Assembly: GCA_951406725.2 (NCBI GenBank) | Contig: OX597831.1 | Span: 36,580,001 to 36,644,000 of the forward strand | Reading direction: 5' to 3' | Length of the DNA stretch: 64,000 nucleotides | Origin: Octopus vulgaris | Taxonomy: Eukaryota | In this document: positions 13,120 through 25,240 of the stretch, piece by piece | How positions within the stretch are numbered: the first letter of the stretch is position 1 | Layout of the letters: every line of letters begins with the position of its first letter | Translations under genes and position numbers: made by a program | The notes under the pieces: model-generated | What the model saw: the letters and a program-made list of their open reading frames with translations, nothing else | The model's database searches: none | What the model was told of the DNA's origin: nothing

Positions 13120-13635
13120 ATCATCATCATCATCGTTTAACGTCTGTTTTCCATGCTAGCATGGGTTCGACAAGAGTCTGGGAATCCAAGAGGCTGCATC
13201 AGGCTCCAGTCTGATCTGGCAGTGTTTCTACAGCTGGATGCCCTTCCTAATGCCAACCACTCCGTGAGTGTAGTGAGTGCTTTTTACATGCCACCAGCAC
13301 AGGTGCCAAGGGAGGCTGGCAACAGCCACAATCAGTTGGTGCTTTTTACGTGCCCCCGACACAGAAGCCAGTCAAGGTGGTGCTGACATCGGCCATGTTT
13401 GGATGGTGCTTTTTACGTGCCACCGGCACAGGTATCACAATTACAATTTCCATTTGATTTTTATTTTGATGCTGATGTACTTGACTCAATAGGTCGCGTC
13501 AAGCACAGCAGGGCACCCTACGATCCAAGGTAAGCACAGCAGGCCATCCTGCAATCCAAGATACTTTGGATGGGCTGGGGCTTCTATGTGAAGCTGGTGC
13601 AGGAAACAGCCATGAACTCACGTTATTTGTCAGGT
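13120..13635 (-). mobile_element. RTE-type LINE 3' end (family C) inserted in a piggyBac-like MITE (about 13009-13755)
   Basis: Family C body; the flanks rejoin to give the reverse of the 2860-3075 MITE. Confidence 0.7.
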
Positions 13636-14173
13636 GCAACTGTTTAATTTTAGAAGGACATTGTGGGGTTGGTGTAAAATGCTGAATTGGCTCATCTAAT
13701 CATAGAACAAGTAGAATATTTGGGCCAAATATGGCCATTTTAAATGCTAAAGTTTTCAAGTAACATTTGCGAACACCTTCTGCCAAATTTTCATTTGGAT
13801 GATGTCTCAAACACCAGATTAATGACAAAGTTTTATTAAATTCTTTATTAGTTTCAAAATTAATTTTAACAAAGGCAAAATATCTTTAAAAGAAATATGG
13901 TAATGAAAGAGTTAATATTTGAACATCCTCACAATTTCAATGAGGCAGTCACAATGTGGTTACTTGGCTATCTTGTAAAAAGCGAAATCTCTCCCTCAAA
14001 ATCACATTCTGCCATTTTTTTTAAAAAAGAGAACACATTAGAAAATTGGAAAAGTCTTGGATACCTACAGAGAAGTCATGCTTTATATGCATTTGATTAA
14101 AGATCTGCTCAATCAGGATTAACCTTTGGCTGGACAACAACAAATGTGATTCCTTAAAAAATATATATGTATA

Positions 14174-14555
14174 GGCGCAGGAGTGGGTGTGTGGTAAGTA
14201 GCTTGCTTACCAACCACATGGTTCCGGGTTCAGTCCCACTATGTGGCACCTTGGGCGAGTGTCTTCTACTATAGCCTTGGGCTGACCAAAGCCTTGTGAG
14301 TGGATTTGGTAGATAGAAACTGAAAGAAGCCCGTCGTATATATGTGTATGTGTGTATATGTTAGTGTGTATGGCAACAGATGCTGGTGTGTTTACGTACT
14401 CGTAACTTAGCAGTTCGGCAAACGTGACTGATAGAATAAGTACTAGGCTTACAAAGAATAAGTGCTGGGGTCGATTTGCTTGACTAAAGGCGGTGCTCCA
14501 GCATGGCCACAGTCAAATGACTGAAACAAGTAAAAGAGTAAAAGAGTAAAAGAGT
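14174..14555 (+). mobile_element. SINE-A (reference-like copy)
   Basis: ggcgcaggagtgg...actgaaacaagtaaaagagtaaaagagtaaaagag. Confidence 0.9.
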
Positions 14556-14659
14556 ATATTTATAAAGAAAAACAAATGATTGATAGACACAATCATCTTA
14601 ATGTTTAAATGGAAGAATTAGTTGTGTGCATTATGCAAAATACCTTATGGTATTTATTG

Positions 14660-14777
14660 GCATGGCTGTGTGGTAAAATACTTGCTTCCCAGCCACATAG
14701 CTCAGGGTTCAGTCCCACTGTGTGGCACCTTGTGCAGGATCTTTCTATCATAGCCTTGGGCCAACCAAATCGTATCC

Positions 14778-14810
<33 letters not shown>

Positions 14811-15027
14811 TTGTCCCTCACCCTCATCACCACTACCTGACAACCAGTAGTGGTTTGTTTATGTCCCTATAACTTAGCAATTTGGCCAAAGAGACCAAAC
14901 TTAGCAAAAAATATAAATAAATAAATAAATACTGGTGTTGATTCACTTGACAAAAAATTCTTCAAGGCTGTGCCCCACTATGGCCACAGTCTAATGACTG
15001 AAACAAGGAACAGATAAAAGGTAAAAG
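14660..15027 (+). mobile_element. Older SINE-A variant
   Basis: Diverged head and 3' end ggctgtgccccactatggccacagtctaatgactgaaac. Confidence 0.75.
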
Positions 15028-16071
15028 ATGTCCCTGAATTCAAGTCCTGCCAGGTCTTTTAATAAATGTGGGTTATTTTTGAGAAAGTAGTGCACCCTGT
15101 ATGGCCATGGTCCACTGACTGAAGCCAGTAAAAGAATAATACAATTATATATTACTTTGATGTTAATTAATCATGAGCTAAGGCTCATTAGTCAAACTAT
15201 GTAATGAACTTCAGTCATTAAATCCAAAATTTGACTCACTTCATGACTATAAAATAATTTAAGATCTTATAATGGAAGGAAGGTTTTTATGATATTTTGG
15301 GGGTATCTTCTTCTTCCATTATAATTATTCCGTTGATTCAAGGAGCTGCAAATACAAAGAACAAAGTTCTCAGGCAGAGTAAATTCAATAACCGTTTGTT
15401 CACAGGTGCTTCATACAAGGGGCTTGCTTTCAGTAGCCATATTCACAGCAGTGCGTAGTTAGCCTTCTCACCCATACACATGAGGTTCAATAACCTCTGG
15501 AGACAATGCATGTTGTATCACAGCAGGGCAAAAGTGTGCTGTGAGCTCCTGATTTTGAAGTCTTGCTTGGTGTTAGCATGAGAAGAAAGAGAGAGTAAAT
15601 GTTTTTGTCTTTTCCTTAAATAAAGGTTGTAGGCGAAATCTTGTTTTCGTCTTGCGTATGGTGATGGTTGCAGGCGAGATCTCATTTTTGTCTTGCATAT
15701 TCAGATTGGAGCCTGATGCAGCCATCTGGTTCACCAGTCCTCAGTCAAATCGTCCAACTCATGCTAGCATGGAAAGCAGACTTTAAACAATGATGATGAT
15801 GTATGGCAATGGTTGCAGGCGAGATCTTGTTTTTGTCTCACATATGGCAATGGTGAGATCTCGCTGTTTCAAAATGGTGCTGGCTTCTTTGTGCCTCCAT
15901 ACAATTCTCATCCATCAATGACCCTAAACAAAGACCCATAATAGAAAACTGCTCCCATATTATGAACAGTGCTTAACAACAGACACAAGAAAACCCTAGA
16001 TTGATTCCCTACAAAATACTAATTTTTATTAGGCTACTCACCATCACATTTTAAAATCTGATCAACAAGTA

Positions 16072-17171
16072 CGGTGATGCCTTGATGTATGTGTTGATTT
16101 ATTCCAGGAGTCTGCTCATAAAGCAAAAACTTGTAAGGCAGAACAATAATTTCCTAAAGTAGCAATGTTATAAGTCATAATTTGCCCCCAGAAAAATATT
16201 TTACCTATAAAATTTATAATCTCTCTGTCTTAATCCTTTATGCCCCTTGTGGAGCATAGGGTCTCAACAGTTGTTTTCCACTTTTTGCAGTCATTGGCAT
16301 GTTTCTTGGCTGCTTCCCATGTCAGGCTGGTGGTCCTGAGCTCGTCCAGAATTCTCCGTTTCCATGTCTGCTTCGGGTGTCCTTGCTTTCTTTTCCCCTG
16401 CAGGTTCCAGTCAAGTGCTTGTCATGTCACATTTGAGGACTCTTTCCGCAGTATGTGTCCAATCCATCTCCATTTCCTTCATCTAATCTGAACATGCATG
16501 GGCTCCTAGTTGGCCCTTTCCCACAGGTCAGTGTTTGGCACTCTGTCGAACCACTTCAGATGGAGGATCTGCCAGAGACATTTATTGATGAAGGTCTAGA
16601 TCTTCTTGTAGCTGCTGCAGGTGGCTTTCCATGTTTCAGAGCCATACAAAAGCACAGATTTTACATTTGAACTAAATAAGAGGAGTTTAGTTCGAGTTGA
16701 GATGGCAGTGGACTTCCATACCAGCTGAAAAATAGCGAAGGCTTGCCAAATTTATAATACTTGTAAATAAATGACAATAAAACAGAAATAGAATGTAAAG
16801 AGTATTTTATGTAAAATAAAAAGAATGTCAAGATCATTTATAATTAAAAAAATGCTACTATTATAATCACTTTCTGAACCATTTTGCAGACCCTTACTTG
16901 TAGACATGATTACCGATTCACAAGCACTCATAGACAGACTTGTAGATTTATTTTTAGAAAACAAGCCTACAGTTGTTTGCTTAGAAGAAGCTTTTTTCTG
17001 CTCTCTATAAATTTCTTGGTAACATGCAGAAGCATTTGTTATATTACTGGAAAGTTTTGAATTTTGTTCAAAATTTGAATCTTATGCTTAAAAAAATTTC
17101 AGCTCACCACACAAAAGTGAGCTGAAAAGCAAAACTCGTATAGTGGTTCCTCATAAATTGAGGTATTACTA
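16072..17171. mobile_element. Tigger-like non-autonomous DNA transposon interrupted by an RTE insertion
   Basis: TA-cggtgatgccttgat ... attgaggtattacta-TA: decayed TIRs that differ mostly by transitions. Confidence 0.5.
16221..16747 (-). mobile_element. 5'-truncated RTE-clade LINE with 11-bp TSD
   Basis: Minus strand [37 protein letters not shown]..AKK.A...KKWK is an RTE ORF2 C-terminus; TSD aaatttataat at 16210-16220 and 16748-16758. Confidence 0.85.
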
Positions 17172-17331
17172 TATGGTGTTACCTTAATTTTTATCATTTA
17201 CTGCAGCAGTATTTGTTCTTCAGTGCAAGCTGGTTTCATGCTGACTTCTACTCCAGCTTTTCTGTCTCATATCTTTTGACATCTTGTCCTCCGTATTGTG
17301 TCTCCTTCTGGCTTCATAGACACTACTCTTC

Positions 17332-17648
17332 CCAGCCATTCCTTAGCTCTCTGGAATCTGTCCAGCCATAATCTTAGCTCTCTGAAATCTGCCCATCCAT
17401 AATCTTAGCTCTCTGAAATCTGCCCATCCATAATCTTAGCTCTCTGAAATTTGCCCATCCATAATCTTAGCTCTCTGGAATCTGCCCATCCATAACCTTA
17501 CCTCTCTGGAATCTGACCAGCCATAATCTTATTTCTTTTGAATCTGCCCATCCATAATCTTAGCTCTTTGGACTCTGCCCATCCATAATCTTAGCTCTTT
17601 GAAATCTAGGCATCCATAATCTTACCTATCTGGAATCTGGCCAGCCAT
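17332..17648. repeat. 31-bp minisatellite, about 10 copies
   Basis: Unit ccataatcttagctctctgaaatctgcccat (e.g. 17366-17396, next at 17397). Confidence 0.95.
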
Positions 17649-17690
17649 GTTTTACCTGCTTCTCACTAATTGTCCATGTTTGTCCTGCAG

Positions 17691-17798
17691 ATGTTCAAAT
17701 GGAACATCAACTATGTCGATCTTACCCAGTCTGAAACGAACTGCAAGAACCAGGATATGAAGCAGCACCTTCTACCAGGACAAACCATTACAAAAGAG
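17691..17798 (+). CDS. Candidate internal exon (108 nt, phase 0-0), unidentified protein
   Basis: Branch-like ctaat at 17666-70, acceptor tgtcctgcag|, donor GAG|gtaaaa; only one frame is open: MFKWNINYVDLTQSETNCKNQDMKQHLLPGQTITKE. Confidence 0.4.
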
Positions 17799-18958
17799 GT
17801 AAAAAAAGAACACATTTCTCTCTCTCTCTCTCTCTCTCTCGATATATATATATACTGCAGTTATTAACTGACAATCACTAACAAATAGAACATTTGTGAC
17901 ACCATTCAGCTGAAATTTATCCACTGATCAAGTTGGTTCATATTTATTCATTACAATAACAACATCAATAGCAACAAGTTAGAAACGAAATCTATTGTTT
18001 AAATCAAACTTACAGTAAAAATCAAATTTAATATGAAAATATCAGAGAAAATGAAACTCTTTAATGTTTGGTCCTAATCAAATGAATCATAAAACTGTTT
18101 GAACTGTTTTATCTAGCAATGGTAAAAATTTGTTTGAATTGGTTTATCCAGGAACGGTAAAAGAAAAATGTATGAAAAAACATTTTTTCCTAACATTTCT
18201 ATTGAAGAAAACAAAACTAATAATAATTCAACAATAATGTCCCAGATCAAAGGAATTACAAATTCTACTAAACAGTGCAAAATTTCACATTATGTTAAAA
18301 TACGAACTGTATTCTTCAATTGGTGCGGCATTTAAAATTTTATCATTGAGGAAGTTTTTGTTCAGATTTGTGTTTAAGAAAAACAAACAAAACAATAACA
18401 AAATAAAATTCAAATTCAATTTTTATCTTATTTCTGTTTCTATTCTCTACCTTATCATCATCATCATCATCATCATCACCATCGTTATTAGTATTATTAT
18501 CATCAATGTGAGAAGTGTGAAGGATTTTAAGGAAAATATGTGCTCTAATTGATTAGCAATTATGCTGCAAGGAATACTTCAGAAAATTGAGGAGACAGTA
18601 ACAAAATACTTGACAAACTGAACAAAAAAGTTTACAAAGAAAAATAAAAGCATTAGCTAAAATTGCATTCATTACTATCACTGCAAAAAATGCCAAAAAA
18701 ATGCACACAAGAAAGTTCTAGTTTTATGACAAGTGGTTCACTGAAAGTAAGGATTTTAAATTAAAACTAATCATAAAGTAAAATAATGAATTTTTATTTT
18801 TCAAATAAAACCACTTTAGCAGTATTTGAATAGCTAACAGCAGAGATTTTGGACATTTGTATATTTTCCATTGCATTAGCTAATATTTAAATTTTTTAGA
18901 ATTTATTTATTTATTTGTATTAGAAACAATTGAAAACAACTCTAATATTTGATTTTAG

Positions 18959-19085
18959 GAGACAGAATTGTCTGGTAACTTTGTGAAATGTAATAAACAA
19001 GCTCTACAGAAAATTGAGTCATATGCTAATAATTCTTTGAAATGCTTCAAGCTCGCATTCATTTCTAACTTACAAGGTTTTGAGT
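18959..19085 (+). CDS. Candidate exon (phase 0 start), 3' end uncertain
   Basis: ctaatatttgattttag| acceptor; open frame ETELSGNFVKCNKQALQKIESYANNSLKCFKLAFISNLQGFE; possible donor |gtatga. Confidence 0.3.
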
Positions 19086-19349
19086 GTATGAAAAAAAAAT
19101 TTTGAATGATAAACTGGTACCGAAATTCTGTTATTAAAAAAAATTAGGAAACTTAGTTATGAATTATGAAACAGATTATGTGCAAAGATTATTTAAATAA
19201 TGGAATCATAGAGAAAAGGTTTCAAAGAGAAAAAGTTTCTTTTTATTCTGCTTTTTCAGCAACCATTTTGTATTCTCACAAGATTGAATTTATTGGTAGC
19301 GTTAGTGGATAATTTGTAATGCAAAAAAGTGGGGCTTGAAAATGCAAAG

Positions 19350-20060
19350 TACAGGGTGCATTACAGAAGCTTTCAGACTTTTTGAGAAGAGATATTTATT
19401 AATTATAAAGTAGGATCCTCTGATTTCAATGCAATTGCTATAACACTCCAGCCACTTGGTGAAGGTCCCATAGAAGTACTTACTTGTACTTGTGGTGACA
19501 TTCACCCTGGGCGGGTTGAGTCGGCTTCTTCCACCACCCTTCAGGCATTGTATTTACCATTGAGAATTCATGGAAGAAGTTTCGTGGTAATATGTCGATT
19601 TGACAAGCAGTCCCCAACAATCCCACTTGTAGAGATATCCTGTTTACTGCAGATTCTCCACAGACGTAGGGGCAGAACGACTGAGGAGCTGCCAGCTGCC
19701 GAAACAGACACTCCGAGGATGACCCTAATACCACTCAGTGTCAGACCAATCCGCCTTAGGTGGCCCTACCAGGAACCGAAGTTCCCGACGGCATAGCTCT
19801 GACACTACCCATTGCCAGCGTCCCCACCACGGTGAGGAGGGGATGGACTTTGAGGATTTCCCATAGAAGTTCCGCAAAATGGTGTCCAAGGCCCTGTCAT
19901 AGGCTTCTACATCTTCAAAATTACTGTTTTTGAGGTTCTCCTTCAGCTTGTAGAACAACCAGAAGTCACAGGGAGCAAGGTCTGGACTGTAGGAAGGGTG
20001 AAAGACAGTTTTGATCCACATCTCTGTCAAATACTTGGTTTCCAGGATGCTCACTGAGTA
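19350..20060 (-). mobile_element. Mariner transposase 3' relic with 3' TIR, split by an insertion
   Basis: HPSYSPDLAPCDFWLF (mariner YSPDLAP motif); removing 19478-19870 rejoins LRNFYG|TFTKWLECYSNCIEIRGSYF; end ...gcaccctg-TA at 19350. Confidence 0.85.
19478..19858 (-). mobile_element. Short non-autonomous (bipartite) RTE-derived retroposon with 12-bp TSD
   Basis: TSD tcccatagaagt at 19466-77 and 19859-70; tail caagtacaagtaagt; the 5' part gagctatgcc...agggccacctaaggcgga resembles RTE/BovB 5' UTRs. Confidence 0.75.
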
Positions 20061-20166
20061 CCCTGGGAAGCTGCATGCTTAATGTCTTTACAGATAATTT
20101 CTTTACAGATCTTTACTGGTCTTCATCCAGAAAATTGCAACTTTTCTCAACCATTCTATATATAAA

Positions 20167-20324
20167 ATATCCACAATGAGAATGACAAATATCAAACCAC
20201 AGAAAGAGTTTGTATGAGATGCACATAATCTGATGCCTCTCCTAAAAAATTCTCAAAACTTCTGGAAGGCATCTCATATAAACTCTTTCCATGGCTTGAT
20301 ATTCATCATTCTCATTATGGATGT
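20167..20324. repeat. About 56-bp imperfect inverted repeat
   Basis: gaaagagtttgtatgagatgc / gcatctcatataaactctttc. Confidence 0.8.
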
Positions 20325-20617
20325 TTTTGATTATATTCACATCCAGTGAAGAAAAATAATGTCTCAAATCTTTGAATGAATTTTAATGTAGCTTTAAAGT
20401 TTATCTAAAAATATTTTATCATAGAACAAAGAGGAAACTTGCTAGCTCAATGTTTCTAAGCCTTTTAACAAATATATCTTGTATTTCAAATATCTAAACA
20501 AAGCTATTTAATACAAAGAATAAAAAAAAGGTCTTCCCCTCTCCACCAATTTTATTAGCATACGAAATGATATTTTATGACATTTTTATTTGCTAATCAG
20601 TTTTACACAATATTAAA

Positions 20618-21006
20618 TCTTTATATATAAAAGTCAAGTTGTGTGTCTGTCTCCTACGATTTAGATTCCTAACTACTCCCACATTTTGCGGTGCAGTGTA
20701 ACCAAAAGCGGGTATCTTATAGTCGTGGTTCATATCGAGCCCTTCTGGGTATTAGCGCGCGTCTACGATGAGCCTATGATTTTAAAAATAATTTACCATC
20801 ATTTTTTTCCATTTTAATGCATTTTTTCGCTAAGGGAAGTAACTCTCTAAAAATGTCTACGATGAGTCAACGATTTAAAAAAAATTTACCATAATCTTTT
20901 TTCCATTTTTAATGCATTTTTTTTGCTATTTTTTGGCTATAACTCTAAAATTGCTTATATAGTTATTTCCCTTACAAACTCGAGCAACGCCGGGCGATAC
21001 TGCTAG
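20618..21006 (+). mobile_element. Non-autonomous Helitron
   Basis: A|TCtttatatataaaag 5' end, 3' GC-rich hairpin-like ctcgagcaacgccggg then CTAG|T, no TSD; internal about 70-bp duplication (20761/20855). Confidence 0.85.
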
Positions 21007-21523
21007 TTGTATATAAATTGCACTATTTGATGATGATGATGATGATTAACTCCGTTTCAACTTTGATCAAGCAAACCATATACCAAAAGCATTGCCCTTG
21101 TGATCATTCCACTTCTTTTTCTTTTTGCTTTGTTTCTTTTTCATGTGTACGTATATAATCCATCATCATCAGCACCAGCATCATTTAATTGCCATTTTTT
21201 ATGCAGTGATGGGTTGGATGATTTAACAGAAACAAATGAGCCACAGGACTGTGCCAAGCTACAGTGACTTCTTCAATATGGTTTCTATGGATGGATACTC
21301 CACCTAATGACAACCATTTCACAGAATGTGGATGCATTTTATCTCAGGACACTGGCACTGGTGAGGTTGCCAAGAAACTTCCAAGACAAAGAAAAAGAAT
21401 AAGAAACCTCTGCAACAAAGTGAAGTTGTAGTGTAGACCCCAGTCGAACCATACAACCCATGCTAGCATGGAAAATGGACGTTAAACGATGATGATGATA
21501 TATATATATATATATATATATAT

Positions 21524-22340
21524 ATTTCAACAATTGAGGGTAAAATTAATTAATTTATTATTAATCAATTTCACCAAGTGTTCAGTATGTAAAGGGACCA
21601 TTTAAGGCGAATTCAAAATATTACATTTTATAAAGGGCTTAGTAAAAAAATTACTTTGCCATATACTGAACTCATTAGAAATAGCAGCCAAAAAAAATTT
21701 TTTTAGCCATTTCTAATACTTAAAGAAAATTTCTCTCAGATAGTGTTTACTCAAAAAATAACCCACGAAGGTATGGGGGTAAAAACATTAAAAAATCACA
21801 AGTGCAAAGATTATTTGAGAACGTACGTTTCTAGATCAGCCAAAATACAATTCGACATTTCTTTCGTCAGCTCAAAATTTCTTAATTCGGATTTGTAAAC
21901 ACTGAAAGTAGGAGCATACCCTTTTGGCGACTTTTCACCTCCGAAGATCCGTTCAAACTAACAGTGCCAACAAATTCAAAATATGCAAGCGAAGAATTTC
22001 TGCCTTCCCCTTCCACCCACGTGGGCTAAACTAGCAAACACCATGTTTTATCGGTGAAAACCGAAGCATTAAACAGAGAGAAATGAATTATAATTTCAAC
22101 AATTGAGGGTAAAATTAATTAATTTATTATTAATCAATTTCACCAAGTGTTCAGTATGTAAAGGGACCATTTAAGGCGAATTCAAAATATTACATTTTAT
22201 AAAGGGCTTAGTAAAAAAATTACTTTGCCACATTGTTGAAATTATAATTCATTTCTCTCTGTTTAATGCTTCGGTTTTCACCGATAAAACATGGTGTTTG
22301 CTAGTTTAGCCCACGTGGGTGGAAGGGGAAGGCAAAAATT
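21524..22340 (-). mobile_element. PLE-like non-coding element: partial tandem plus inverted 5' arm, (TA)n-flanked
   Basis: Direct repeat 21524-21661 = 22093-22230; inverted repeat 21996-22102 / 22232-22340; internal hammerhead motif. Confidence 0.75.
21814..21876 (-). ncRNA. Minimal type I hammerhead ribozyme motif
   Basis: Minus strand tttgag-CTGACGA-[stem II]-GAA-Acgtacg-T-T-ctcaaa: 6-bp stem I, palindromic stem III ACGTACGT, GUU site. Confidence 0.7.
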
Positions 22341-22544
22341 ATATATATATATATATATATAAGTTAAAGGTGTTTAAACCCTCTAAGGGAGAGATGTTTA
22401 TTTCAGCATGGTACACAGAAACAGCTGTAAACTTGCTCTTACTCTCACCTTGCTTAACCAATTAAATAATGGATTTTTAACACCATAGACACTCTTGTCA
22501 TTGTTGTTTTTCCTCCATTTTCTTATCGTATATATATATATATA

Positions 22545-22790
22545 TCATCATCATCATCATCATCATCGTTTAACGTCTGCTTTCCATGCTAGCATGGGTT
22601 GGACGATTTGACTGCAGACTGGGAAACAGATGGCTGCACCAGGCTCCAATCTGATTTGGCAGAGTTTCTACAGCTTGATGCCCTTCCTAACGCCAACCAC
22701 TCCAAGAGTATAGTGGGTGCTTTTATGTGCCGCTGGCACGAGGGCTAGTCAGGCGGTACAGGCAACGGATATGCTCAAATGGTGTTTTTT
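22545..22790 (-). mobile_element. RTE-type LINE 3' end (family C) in (TA)n
   Basis: (CAT)n plus family C body, both flanks (TA)n. Confidence 0.75.
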
Positions 22791-22795
22791 AAGTT

Positions 22796-22822
<27 letters not shown>

Positions 22823-22831
<9 letters not shown>

Positions 22832-23105
22832 ATATTTTGGAATGGTCATTTTGCCAGTTTAGCCAATAAAAACACACGCACTATATATTTGGTGTTATTT
22901 TGCTTCAGTGTTATTCATTTTTTACATTAATCTTAATCGGCCGAAATAAGATTAAGATTAATGTAAAAAATAAAAACACTGAAGCAAAGTAACACCAAAT
23001 ATATAGTGCATGTGTTTTTATTGGCTAAACTGGCAAAATAACCATTCCAAAATACAACAATATCTGTTTCAACACACGACTTCACATAAAAAAATCTTGC
23101 ACAAC
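22823..23105 (+). mobile_element. (TA)n-flanked fold-back element; same family as 48473-48990
   Basis: Arm 22823-22938 is the reverse complement of about 22950-23062. Confidence 0.85.
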
Positions 23106-23129
23106 ATATATATATATATATATATAGAT

Positions 23130-23960
23130 ACACGAGATCTGATCAATTAGTATCTGGACTGTTGGCATAGTAACGAACTTACACTGTGCAGATTGAATCC
23201 ACTTGGCATAAATTGACCTTGATCTCTGTTGTGCATGTGCATTAAGTTTTAACATTCTAGTTCACTTCTGCTGTCTACAAAATGCTTGGAAGGAAGATGT
23301 GTAACATGTGATCGTCGGATTGACCATGACAGAGAAAGTTGTCATAGCGATACCTGCTCAGAGGCCTATGCAAAGTTACAGAAAGTGTATGGAGAGAAGT
23401 GTATGAGCTGCATACAATTGAATGAGTGGTTCAGACATTTCCAAGATGGTTGAAAAAATGTCAATATTGACCAACATTCTGGGAGACCTGCAACCAGCAG
23501 AACTGAGAAAAACAAAAACATCATGGATGTGCAAACAGCTGTGAGAGGAAATCAGTGAATTACCATCTGTGTGTTATTAGAAGTTCAGTCCATTATTACT
23601 GAAGATTTTGGTATGAGATGCTTGTCTGCCAAGTTTGTGTCGGAACTGTTTTCAGCTGACCAAAACGACACTCGAGTTTCATTTGCACAAGACACCTTGA
23701 TTGTGTCAAGAACGATGTAAACTTTTTGGAAACTTTGTGTAGGCCTCGACTTTCTCTGTCATGGTCAATGCGATGATCACATGCTACACACCTTCCTTCC
23801 AAGCACTGCTGTAAACAGCAGAAGTAAGCTAGAATGTTAAAACTCAGTTTGCATGCACAGCAGAGGTTGTGGTCCATCTGTGTCAAGTGGCCTCACTCTG
23901 TGTGCTTTAGCTTCGTTACTATAGCAACAGTTTGGATACTTATTGACCAGACCATATGTA
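23130..23960 (+). mobile_element. Mariner-derived element with about 210-bp terminal inverted repeats
   Basis: 23130-23341 is inverted at 23747-23960; interior encodes AYAKLQKVYGEKCMSCIQLNEWFRHFQDG*KNVNIDQHSGRP (mariner HTH region). Confidence 0.8.
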
Positions 23961-24672
23961 TACATGCACACACACATATACACACACATACACGCATATA
24001 TATATATATATGTACGACAGGCTTCTTTCAGTTTCTATCTTCCATATAAACTTGAAAAACTTTGGTAAGCCCAGCACCATGGAAGAAGACACATACCTAA
24101 GGTTCCATGCAGTGGGACTGAATCCAGAACCATATGGCTGTGAAGCAATTGTCTAGCTACATAGCATAATAACTTTTAATAAATTGTATTCATCTTGGCA
24201 TTTGGAAGCATCCATATCTCAAACCATGCGATTGGCTATATATAAGGAAAAGGGAAATTTTCTGAGACATCTTGCATAATAACCTTTGATTATTCAGATT
24301 TACATATCATCAAACAATGTTAAGATTCACAAGAAAATACACTGCTTTTTTTATCACTTATAAAAAGAAAACTGACAAAAATTCAGAATAAAATATAAAC
24401 AGAAAGACAAGAATTTACCAAAGCACATCAATAGAATGCTGCATGGCACTGATTATAACCATGTTCCGTAAGAATGAGACATGGCTTTGATGTAGAATGT
24501 AGAAGTGGCTTCTTGGAATTGGACAAAATGTTAACAATAATGTAGACAAGGAATAAAGTGAAGATCAGTTGCAACTTTCATTCCATTGCCAAACTAATTT
24601 AATTAATATGACTAAAACTATCTTCTGTGACAAAGTTCAGAGGAAAAACAAAGTCTAATTAGATTTTGTCAG

Positions 24673-24819
24673 GTATCTTGCAGTAAATTTAAGAAGCACC
24701 TCAATGGATATGTATACATGACACGCAATCGGTATTCTGGTTTGGCATTTAGCTATGTGAAAGCTTTGTTCAATATTAACAGATTCCTGGAGAGAATGGC
24801 AAGACAAAAGGCAGAGTGA
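24673..24819 (+). CDS. Candidate terminal coding exon
   Basis: ctaatt...ttttgtcag| acceptor; VSCSKFKKHLNGYVYMTRNRYSGLAFSYVKALFNINRFLERMARQKAE*. Confidence 0.25.
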   Translation, partial: VSCSKFKKHLNGYVYMTRNRYSGLAFSYVKALFNINRFLERMARQKAE

Positions 24820-25018
24820 AAAGATTTCTTGTCAACAGATGAGCAGTAAAAGCTATTAGTATTGAAAACAAAGAGTAAAATTATCGTCATTTTAATGTGT
24901 ACTTTTCCATGCTGGCAAGGGTCAAATTAGAGACCGTTGGAACAAAGTTTTCTTTGACCAGTTGACTTGTTGTCACCGCATCCCCTTGTCTCAATATATG
25001 GCAATAATTTCTTTGTTT

Positions 25019-25055
25019 CATCATCGTCATCATCATCATCATCTTCATCATCATC

Positions 25056-25115
<60 letters not shown>

Positions 25116-25240
25116 GTCATCATCATCATCATCATCATCAACATTTAACGCCCGTTTTCCATGCTGACAATGGGTTGGGTAGATTGGTTGAAAAATGGTA
25201 AGCTGGGGAGCTACACCAGGTTCCAGTTTGATTCGGCATG
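25019..25240 (-). repeat. Long (CAT)n tail of a family C RTE 3' end
   Basis: About 120 bp of (CAT)n followed by catttaacgcccgttttccatgctg. Confidence 0.8.

Noticed and set aside
16890-17010. Exon-like frame PLLVDMITDSQ... after ttttgcag
   Set aside because: Lies inside the Tigger-like element 16072-17171 and ends in a stop; not supported as a host exon.
17332-17648. 31-bp repeats as CRISPR or coding repeats
   Set aside because: Head-to-tail with no spacers; the length is not a multiple of 3.
24887-25201. Poly-His, poly-Met and poly-Ser ORFs (also 42512-42944, 30721, 31404-32486, 51870-52412, 27804-28097)
   Set aside because: Translations of microsatellites and retroposon tails.
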